In this document: positions 7,353 through 14,073 of the stretch, piece by piece
Numbering within the stretch: position 1 is the first letter of the stretch
How the letters are laid out: each line of letters starts with the position of its first letter
Virus record (IMG/VR): IMGVR_UViG_2663762992_000011
Length of the DNA: 14,898 nucleotides
From: a virus
Lineage: Duplodnaviria > Heunggongvirae > Uroviricota > Caudoviricetes
Strand: one strand, 5' to 3'
Notes under the pieces: model-generated
The model's database searches: none
What the model saw: only the letters and a program-made list of their open reading frames with translations
Told to the model about the DNA's origin: nothing
Translations under genes and position numbers: made by a program

Positions 7353-8819
7353 ATGGCTACGTGGCAACAGGGTATTAATTCTGGTGGTTTTCTGGCTGGC
7401 ATTGGTGCGCAAAACGAGAATGCGCCAAAGGCAAGCGACATTAACACAACGCTTGGTCTGATCCGCGAAAACAATGAACTGGCTCGATCAGGTGCAAATA
7501 ACGTTGGTCTGACCGCGTTACGTGGTCTGGCTGGAGTTGCTGATATTTATAAGCAGCAGCAACAGCAGGAACGTAAAGCGGCATTCCAGAAAGGTTATGC
7601 GGATGCTTATGCGTCCGGCGACAGGGAGCAGATGCGTAATCTTATTACAGCATTCCCCGAAGAGTTTGAGGAAGTTCGTAAAGGCATGGGGTATGTCGAT
7701 GACGCCCAGCGGAATGATTTTGGCAATCTGGCGCTTAAGGCTCAGGTCGCTTCGTCGCTTGGTCCGGGTGCATTTGGCAGGTTCATGATGGATAACGAAA
7801 AGGAGATGCGTCGTTTAGGTATCCCTCCAGAAACTATTGCTGAAATGCAGGTTAATGACCCGCAGGGCTTCCAGCATTTCGCAGGTAATCTGGCGCTGTT
7901 TTCTCTCGGTCATGAGAAGTACTTCGATATCAAAGATCGAATGGAAGGTCGGGATATTGAGCGTGGCAAGTTGGCAGAAACAATCCGCAGCAATCAGGCT
8001 GGCGAAGCACTTCAGGCGAGAGGGCAGGATATTAGCCGAGCAAATGCGTTAACGTCAGCATATGCACCAACAGCAGCAATGCAGAATTACAATCAGTACG
8101 CTCAAATGTTAAAGGCGGATCCAGAGGGGGCGGCGGCATTTGCGGCAGCGGCTGGAATTAATACAAACGCCAAAAAATTAATGAGTGTTAGAGAAAACGA
8201 TGATGGCACTGTCACAAAATACTACACAGACGGAAGTGAAGAGCATGGAAAACTAAACCAGCCAATATCTGGAGATGGGTTTCGTCCAATAGCTTTGCCA
8301 ACAGCCCAAAAGATCATGGAAAAGTCGCCAGAAGGGGCTAAAAAAGCTGCTGGATTTGCATACAGAGTTAGGGATGCTCTTGATTCAATGGATACACTGA
8401 AAGGCCAGCTTAGCCCACAGCGAGTGGCGATCATTAATAATGCTTTGGGTAATGGGACGCTGGCTAACTTAACGCTCAGCCCAACAGAGCAGCAATACGT
8501 TGTTAATGCTAATGACGCAATAATGGCAATACTCCGTCAGGAAACAGGGGCAGCTATCGTACCTGCTGAAATGTCAAAATATTATCAAATGTATTTCCCT
8601 CAGCCTGGCGACTCCACAAAAACCATTGATACCAAGCGCCGGAAGATGGAAAACCAGTTCAATTCGCTGAAAGCTGCTTCTGGTCGAGCTTATGATGCTT
8701 TGCGGGTTATTTCAGCAGTTGACAGAGGGACTTCTTCTTCGTCGCAGACATTGCCGCAATCTGAGCAGGTATCACAGCCAGCAGCCAGCAGTAATTTTTC
8801 TTCACTATGGGGTGATTAA
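7353..8819 (+). CDS. Hypothetical protein (488 aa), Ala/Gln-rich, no recognised domain
   Basis: Long ORF (track 7341..8819; ATG at 7353 preferred). Its stop overlaps the start of the next gene (TAATGG). Composition is low-complexity and helical-looking with an S-rich C-terminus; no catalytic motif noticed. Confidence 0.7.
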   Translation: MATWQQGINSGGFLAGIGAQNENAPKASDINTTLGLIRENNELARSGANNVGLTALRGLAGVADIYKQQQQQERKAAFQKGYADAYASGDREQMRNLITAFPEEFEEVRKGMGYVDDAQRNDFGNLALKAQVASSLGPGAFGRFMMDNEKEMRRLGIPPETIAEMQVNDPQGFQHFAGNLALFSLGHEKYFDIKDRMEGRDIERGKLAETIRSNQAGEALQARGQDISRANALTSAYAPTAAMQNYNQYAQMLKADPEGAAAFAAAAGINTNAKKLMSVRENDDGTVTKYYTDGSEEHGKLNQPISGDGFRPIALPTAQKIMEKSPEGAKKAAGFAYRVRDALDSMDTLKGQLSPQRVAIINNALGNGTLANLTLSPTEQQYVVNANDAIMAILRQETGAAIVPAEMSKYYQMYFPQPGDSTKTIDTKRRKMENQFNSLKAASGRAYDALRVISAVDRGTSSSSQTLPQSEQVSQPAASSNFSSLWGD

Positions 8820-10924
8820 TGGCTAAAGCATGGAAAGATGTTATCGCCTCTCCACAGTATCAGGCGTTAGCACCAGAGCAAAAAGCGCAGGCTCAGGAGC
8901 AATACTTCAATGAAGTCGTGGCCCCGCAAGCCGGAGAAAGTGTAGAGCAGGCTAAGCAGGCTTTTTATGCTGCCTATCCACTACCATCAACGAATGAAAT
9001 AGACCGATCCCAATCAGCAACTCAAAATATTCAACATACATCATCTGATAATTCTCTTGCGTCAGGGTATGCAAAGTTAGCTACTCAGCAAAGAGAGGGG
9101 CTTGAGCGTTCAGCAGAACAGGGAGCCAGTCTTGGGGCTGCTATGCGCGATGCTATAACAGGCGAAAGCCGAATGACTCCAGAGATGGAGAGACTGCAAA
9201 ATGTCGACCTTGCCCCAGAGTTAACCTCACTCAGCATGGATGCTCTAAAAGCTCGATGGTCTCAACTTTTCGGCTCTGACGCATCTCAGGAAAAGATTCT
9301 TCAGAGCATGGGAGCGAAATTAAGGCAGGATGAGAAGGGTAACACTATCGTTTCCCTGCCATCCGGTGATTATGCTCTGAACAAGCCGGGTTTATCGCCG
9401 CAAGACGTGGCATCGTTTCTGGCTAATGCGCTGGCGTTTACACCAGCGGGCAGGGCTGGAACGGTGCTTGGTGCCATAGGAAAATCAGCAGCTACAGATT
9501 TAGCACTACAGGGAGCCACCAGCCTTGCTGGTGGAGAAGATATTGATCCGTTACAAACGGTAATTTCTGCTGGCATTGGTGGTATTGGTAAGGGGCTGGA
9601 AAATACAGCGAGTGCGGTTTCGAGGGCTGTTCGTGGTGATATGTCGCCTGAAGCAAAGGCTGCTGTCAACTTTGCATCGGAAAGAAATCTGCCGTTAATG
9701 ACCAGTGACATGCTGAAAGATAAAACCTTTATGCAGAGTCAGGCTCAGACATTAGGCGAAAGAGTTCCTTTTTTTGGAACCGGTAAGAATCGGCTGAATC
9801 AACAACAAGCACGAGAAAATTTAGTCAGAACATTTAGCGATGGTCTGGGTGGCATTTCTGATAAACAGCTTTATGAATCTGCGACTAAAGGGCAACAAAA
9901 ATTCATTGAGGCAGCAGGAAAGCGATATAACCGCATAATTGACGCTATGGGGGATACCCCTGTCGATCTCTCAAACACGGTAAAAGCTATCGACAATCAG
10001 ATTGCCGTGTTAAGCCGCCCGGGAAAATCTCAGGATAGAGCCGCGGTAAAAGTCTTGCAGCAATTTAAAGACGATATCACCAGCGGACCAAATGACCTGC
10101 GTCTGGCGAGGGAAAACAGAACCGATCTTCGAAAGCGATTTATGGCGTCATCTGACACTGTTGATAAAGATACGCTCCAGAAAGCCAGCGATATTATCTA
10201 CAAGGCATATACGGCGGATATGAAAAAAGCCGTAGCCAAAAATCTTGGAGCAGACGAAGCCATTAATATGGCAAGGGTTGATCGCTCATGGTCTAAATTC
10301 AATGACATGATGGGAAGAACGCGCGTTCAAAAGGCAATAGCCAGCGGCAAGGCCACGCCTGAGGATGTAACAAAACTCGTTTTTAGCCAAAGCCCATCAG
10401 AACGTTCTCAGCTTTACAGGCTTCTGGATGACAATGGTAGGCAAAACGCACGAGCAGCCATAGTTCAGAATGCTGTAGATAAGGCGACTGATCCGTCTGG
10501 AAATATCAGTGTTGAGAAGTTTATTAATGCGTTACACCGGAACAGGAAGCAATCAGCAACTTTCTTTAAAGGCGTACATGGAAAGGAACTGGACGGCGTT
10601 ATTAAATACCTCAACGATACAAGACACGCGGCAAAAGCGAACGTTCAAAACTTAAATGGTCAGCAGCTTTATGGATTGTTAGTTGGTGGTGGCATCATAA
10701 ACGCAGCAGTATTAGCGGGGATGCTAAAAACGGCTGCGTTTGTTGTTCCTGCTGCTGGTGCCGTAGGCGGAGCCGCGAAGGCATACGAAAGCCCTGTTAT
10801 ACGAAATGCCTTGTTACGTCTGGCAAATACGCCAAAAGGTAGCACAGCATATGACAGAGCGATCAGTACGGTCACACAATCACTGACCACAGCAGCACAA
10901 GCATCGCAAAAGGAAGCTCAATAA
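8819..10924 (+). CDS. Hypothetical protein (701 aa) with a C-terminal Gly/Ala-rich hydrophobic hairpin-like segment
   Basis: Long ORF coupled to the upstream gene. Near the C-terminus, LLVGGGIINAAVLAGMLKTAAFVVPAAGAVGGAA forms two hydrophobic Gly/Ala-zipper stretches split by KT. The rest is hydrophilic and Ala/Gln/Lys-rich. No family recognised. Confidence 0.75.
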   Translation: MAKAWKDVIASPQYQALAPEQKAQAQEQYFNEVVAPQAGESVEQAKQAFYAAYPLPSTNEIDRSQSATQNIQHTSSDNSLASGYAKLATQQREGLERSAEQGASLGAAMRDAITGESRMTPEMERLQNVDLAPELTSLSMDALKARWSQLFGSDASQEKILQSMGAKLRQDEKGNTIVSLPSGDYALNKPGLSPQDVASFLANALAFTPAGRAGTVLGAIGKSAATDLALQGATSLAGGEDIDPLQTVISAGIGGIGKGLENTASAVSRAVRGDMSPEAKAAVNFASERNLPLMTSDMLKDKTFMQSQAQTLGERVPFFGTGKNRLNQQQARENLVRTFSDGLGGISDKQLYESATKGQQKFIEAAGKRYNRIIDAMGDTPVDLSNTVKAIDNQIAVLSRPGKSQDRAAVKVLQQFKDDITSGPNDLRLARENRTDLRKRFMASSDTVDKDTLQKASDIIYKAYTADMKKAVAKNLGADEAINMARVDRSWSKFNDMMGRTRVQKAIASGKATPEDVTKLVFSQSPSERSQLYRLLDDNGRQNARAAIVQNAVDKATDPSGNISVEKFINALHRNRKQSATFFKGVHGKELDGVIKYLNDTRHAAKANVQNLNGQQLYGLLVGGGIINAAVLAGMLKTAAFVVPAAGAVGGAAKAYESPVIRNALLRLANTPKGSTAYDRAISTVTQSLTTAAQASQKEAQ

Positions 10925-10985
10925 CAGATGACCATGGATGGTTGGTTATAATAGTAATTAGTATTTTTTCAAATAGTTATGAACA

Positions 10986-11384
10986 TTAACACTTGCCTTT
11001 AACATTGCCGACAAATGAGCCTGTAAATGAGCCTATATCAGATCGACTAATTGTTCGTGTATGGATCACTTTTCCGTCATTTGAGATTGCCCATGTGACA
11101 AGCGTCAGTTGACCATCTCGATAGCTTCTCCCCATCATGGCATTCGGAGATAGCGGGTAATAATCAATACCTCCACCTATACCATCTTTTGCCAAGATAA
11201 GATCCGCCTTCTCTTTACTTATTACCAAATGAAATGTATCTGGTATAGATGATAACTTATAGTTATACCCATCTGAACTTGAGGCTTCTTGTCCTTTCAG
11301 ATCACCAATAATCCAGCATTCAGCGTTCGCTCCAAAAGAAGCAAATAATAAACCGGAGACAACCAATCGCTTCAATTGATTCAC
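10986..11384 (-). CDS. Small secreted (signal-peptide) protein, about 132 aa precursor, function unknown
   Basis: Minus-strand ORF (track 10986..11453). Preferred start is GTG at 11384, preceded by AAAGGGAGGG with a 5-nt spacer, giving a textbook signal peptide MNQLKRLVVSGLLFASFGANA followed by ECW. AT-rich gene, convergent with the 701-aa gene. Confidence 0.55.
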   Translation of the reverse strand: MNQLKRLVVSGLLFASFGANAECWIIGDLKGQEASSSDGYNYKLSSIPDTFHLVISKEKADLILAKDGIGGGIDYYPLSPNAMMGRSYRDGQLTLVTWAISNDGKVIHTRTISRSDIGSFTGSFVGNVKGKC

Positions 11385-11500
11385 ACCAACCCTCCCTTTA
11401 GCGTTGTTTAGAATGGCAATCATCATATATCCAAGACATGGCATTTGGTACATAGCTTGGGTCGGGATTTCAAATCCGCTCCCAGTTGATGGGGCCGTTA

Positions 11501-11935
11501 CAGTACGCGCATATCCGCTTTATGTGAAACAGGAAGATTTTTCTGATATCACTGCCACAGCAAAACACCAATTTCGTGACCAGTACGCGCGCGAGGGGTA
11601 TCAGTTGCAAAAATTTTGCAACTACGTCCGACCAGTACGCACACAATGGCGGGGAGCACCATAAAAGCGTTCTCTACATGAGACAGAGTGGTGGTGATGT
11701 GTTGATTATCGGCGTATATGCGCACAGGACGCGCTATGACAATGTTTTATGCGGGTACACCAATCACATGTATCTGGTGTGATAAATCGCGTTACATGAC
11801 ATCTCATGTTGTGCTGGTGGTTATAACGACGTTCTGAATCTGGCCTTTGCCTGATATTTTGCGACAAGTACGCGCGCGTAGCATCGACAGCATACACATT
11901 GGATATTCATTTTGTGACCAATGCGATAAGTAGCG
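11501..11935. repeat. Dispersed family of about 20-bp repeats (approx. ATTTyGyGACCArTACGCGCGCG); a further copy at 13502-13527
   Basis: Copies at about 11501-11512, 11572-11593, 11626-11642, 11857-11880 (containing the perfect palindrome TACGCGCGCGTA) and 11910-11935, plus 13502-13527. On the minus strand several copies translate to variants of the C-terminus (...LIPLxxxLVTK) of the small ORF 11907..12065. Confidence 0.4.
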
Positions 11936-12065
11936 GGATAAGAATTGATAAAATCAACAGGACGATGATCCACTTTTGATTTTCACTGGCCTTATATCTA
12001 TTTTCATCAATCTTATCAATAATTCGACGCTCTAAGCCGTGCATATCACCGCGAATGGCAATCAT
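11907..12065 (-). CDS. Small tail-anchored membrane protein candidate (52 aa); absent from the ORF track (below size cut-off)
   Basis: Minus-strand ORF MIAIRGDMHGLERRIIDKIDENRYKASENQKWIIVLLILSILIPLLIALVTK: charged N-terminal half and one C-terminal hydrophobic helix. Weak RBS; the start codon is uncertain. Confidence 0.3.
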   Translation of the reverse strand: MIAIRGDMHGLERRIIDKIDENRYKASENQKWIIVLLILSILIPLLIALVTK

Positions 12066-12207
12066 CTCATTGCGAACATCCGAGAAGTGGTTGGCTTAAT
12101 GTTCAATGTGTGGCGTTCTGCCTTTCATGCCTGATCCTCACCTATCGTCACCACCTGCTGGTGTATAAAGGTATTGGCCCAAGCAGCTTTCCAATGGGCA
12201 CTCATGT

Positions 12208-12663
12208 TTATACGCTGACCTTACAATCAATCACCGCTTTTAACTTTTCAGCATTGCTTCCCTGACGCTTCCACGCGCTGTAAATATCTTTATCCCACGC
12301 TTTACCAGCTTTTGTTTGATAGCCTGCTTCATTGATCCGTTCAGCTATCACACGCCCATTATCAAATCCCTGTCGAATGGTATCGGCAATGATCTTTATA
12401 ACTGCCGTTTCGTTATATGGTTTTGGTGGGATGTTCGGCTTTCCGGCAATAAGCGACGCAGCGGCTTTTTCCATGCGCTCCACCAGCCCAAGCATTCGTG
12501 AATCAATAGACTTTTCCGGCTGCCCCAGCTTCATGCGAATCGCATCAACAAGCCAGGAGGTTTTATCTCCTCCAGAAGCGAGAACAGACCGATTAAACTC
12601 ATCCTGCAATTCAGATGGGATGCGGAACGCGACCAGATTAGATTTGCTCATTGCAAAGACCAT
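12208..12663 (-). CDS. Ribbon-helix-helix DNA-binding protein with a C-terminal extension (about 147-151 aa)
   Basis: N-terminal SNLVAFRIPSELQDEFNRSVLASGGDKTSWLVDAIRMKL fits the RHH (Arc/CopG-like) strand-helix-helix pattern. The C-terminal IAERINEAGYQTKAGKAWDKDIYSAWKRQG resembles the DNA-binding helix motif seen in recombinase-type domains (tentative). Start is ambiguous between ATG 12663 and ATG 12651. Confidence 0.6.
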   Translation of the reverse strand: MVFAMSKSNLVAFRIPSELQDEFNRSVLASGGDKTSWLVDAIRMKLGQPEKSIDSRMLGLVERMEKAAASLIAGKPNIPPKPYNETAVIKIIADTIRQGFDNGRVIAERINEAGYQTKAGKAWDKDIYSAWKRQGSNAEKLKAVIDCKVSV

Positions 12664-12680
12664 ATCAGTGAGTAATATCC

Positions 12681-12712
12681 ATACAGTATACCACTGTATA
12701 ACACTGTTATAC
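12681..12712. promoter_or_regulatory. Operator-like repeats upstream of the RHH gene (ACAGT-N5-ACTGT inverted repeat plus direct ACTGT(T)ATA repeats)
   Basis: ACAGT (12683-12687) and ACTGT (12693-12697) are inverted; ACTGTATA (12693-12700) and ACTGTTATA (12703-12711) are direct. They sit in the leader of the minus-strand RHH gene. Confidence 0.3.
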
Positions 12713-12765
12713 GCTCAAATATCAGCCAGAAAATAACGGACCAATCACAAATCTATCGCTGTGTT

Positions 12766-12886
12766 GTTGGTTCAGAGCTGGGCTGTGTTGGTTCAAAATG
12801 AGTTGATGTTGGTTCAATATTTTAGAAAAAACACAATAAAAACAACGCTCTTTACAAATTGAACCAACTGAACCAACTGAACCAAC
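12766..12886. repeat. Iteron cluster 2 (candidate crr/ori-like site), mirror image of cluster 1
   Basis: Three spaced GTTGGTTCA (12766-12774, 12787-12795, 12808-12816), an AT-rich spacer (12817-12859), then three tandem TGAACCAAC (12860-12868, 12869-12877, 12878-12886). This is the reverse-complement arrangement of cluster 1. Confidence 0.75.
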
Positions 12887-12922
12887 ACCTTTTTGCTTAT
12901 CTATATAATCTGAGAGGCAGAA

Positions 12923-13210
12923 ATGATAAGGGACAGGAAAGCTGAAGAGCTGGAGTCAAAAGGGCTATACCGGAGAGCTGCCGCACGATGGGCAGAAGTC
13001 ATGATGCTGGCAGATGGCGATAAAGAACGTGAACATGCAGCAAACAGACGCTCTGAATGTATCCGTAAGGCGGCACGCCCACCAGCAACTACAGACAGAT
13101 TCGGAGATTTAAGACAGGCAGTTAAGCGAACTCATTCGGCTCTTGGTATGGATGAGGAAGCGAGAGGGTACTTCAGGCGTTATCGCGATAAAGATTGCCA
13201 GAGACAGTAA
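12923..13210 (+). CDS. PerC-family-like small transcriptional regulator (95 aa; tentative)
   Basis: MIRDRKAEELESKGLYRRAAARWAEVMMLADGDKEREHAANRRSECIRKAARP matches my recollection of the PerC-family N-terminal pattern (AEELE..GLYRRAA.RW). RBS-like GAGAGG precedes the ATG. Confidence 0.55.
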   Translation: MIRDRKAEELESKGLYRRAAARWAEVMMLADGDKEREHAANRRSECIRKAARPPATTDRFGDLRQAVKRTHSALGMDEEARGYFRRYRDKDCQRQ

Positions 13211-13309
13211 TGCTCTCTCTGTTTTGGCAAATTACCCCTCACTTTGAAGGGATCGGAGCTATAAAAATGGTTTTAGGTACATTCCTCAAATTGAGGATTG
13301 TGGAAAAAC

Positions 13310-13364
13310 CAATGGGTTAGGCTTTTCCCCCAATGGGGGTTTTCGAAAGTATCAATGGGTTAGG
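13310..13364. repeat. Direct repeats CAATGGGTTAGG (x2) with a partial CAATGGG copy between, at about 21-22 bp phasing
   Basis: Copies at 13310-13321 and 13353-13364, partial copy at 13331-13337. An adjacent perfect palindrome TCCTCAA-A-TTGAGGA lies at 13282-13296. Helical phasing suggests a protein-binding array. Confidence 0.35.
13327..13344 (+). terminator. Weak terminator-like hairpin CCCCC-AAT-GGGGG followed by TTTT
   Basis: 5-bp G/C stem, 3-nt loop and T-run about 115 bp after the PerC-like stop. It overlaps the CAATGGG repeat, so it may be a binding site and not a terminator. Confidence 0.3.
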
Positions 13365-13886
13365 TCATCGTGCAAATTTGCACTCTGCCAGCCAACGCAT
13401 TTTTTCGTTGGCGGGAATATCAGGTATTTACTGATTCTGCCGACTCACAAGGATGCGAGAACCTTATAAAACCTAATATCGCAGAGCTTAATTGTGTACA
13501 GCAATTTCACGAGCAATACGCGCGCACAGGACAACGAGCCTGAACATGGTTACACACCTCAATCATGAGGGATGTAGGTAATGGCTTCAGACCAAAGCAA
13601 CCAAAATAGCTTCGGCCAGCGCGTAAAACGCTCTTGGTAGAAACTCGATGAACTGGATGATGAGCACAACACAAGAAGAATTGTGATTATCACAATAGAG
13701 GCAAAATTATGCCCACACCTTCAATTGCGCGGATAACACCAGAAAAAACTGTGTACATAAGGGTGTACATAATCAAAAACCGCATTAGAAAGAAACCAGC
13801 TACAATGCGGCATTGAAGCCAATACTCTACAAACAGATCCAACATTGAATAACTCGTAACGCCAATTCTTCCTTTTCAGCCTTCAC

Positions 13887-13920
13887 AAATGCCGCCCACT
13901 CAAACAGAGCGGCATTTTTC
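13887..13920 (+). terminator. Rho-independent terminator (AAATGCCGC ... GCGGCATTTTT)
   Basis: 7-9-bp stem with a 13-nt loop and a T-run, about 150 bp upstream of dinD. No + strand ORF lies directly upstream, so it may terminate an unannotated transcript or mark a junction. Confidence 0.5.
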
Positions 13921-14010
13921 CTCCCCGCAACATTCAATTCTGTTTTGCGTGCCTGCTCCAGATTTTGCGATGTTTTTTTGCCCAGCGCAGTGAGAACGTG
14001 AGATACTTAC

Positions 14011-14030
14011 AACTGTATATAAACACAGTT
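14011..14030. promoter_or_regulatory. LexA box of dinD (AACTGTATATAAACACAGTT)
   Basis: CTGT-N8-ACAG with an AT-rich spacer, embedded in a longer palindrome (TACAACTGT...ACAGTTGTA). Near-identical to the dinD SOS box as I remember it. Sits 44 bp upstream of the dinD ATG. Confidence 0.8.
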
Positions 14031-14073
14031 GTAGACTTACTTTCCTTGCAATCGATATCACATGGAGTGGGCA

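Noticed and set aside
7179-7412. Minus-strand ORF 7179..7412 (77 aa)
   Set aside because: Antisense to the small RHH-like ORF, which has a strong RBS, and to the start of the 488-aa gene. No RBS and an implausible sequence.
11440-11530. tRNA-like T-arm (GGGATTTCAAATCC) as a possible integration-site tRNA
   Set aside because: No acceptor stem, anticodon arm or CCA context can be built around it. It is more likely a promoter-region hairpin of the minus-strand secreted-protein gene.
11404-11897. Track ORFs 11404..11664 (+), 11576..11782 (+) and 11706..11897 (-)
   Set aside because: They lie in the repeat-rich region, lack RBSs, have His/Cys/Arg-rich improbable translations and overlap one another. 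More likely non-coding or decayed sequence.
12316-12736. Plus-strand ORFs 12316..12501 and 12332..12736
   Set aside because: Antisense to the well-formed RHH gene 12208..12663; translations are not protein-like.
13679-13695. Palindrome ATTGTGAT-T-ATCACAAT as a CRP site
   Set aside because: It contains TGTGA and TCACA half-sites, but the spacing is 3 nt, not the 6 nt required by the CRP consensus. Kept only as an unassigned operator-like palindrome.
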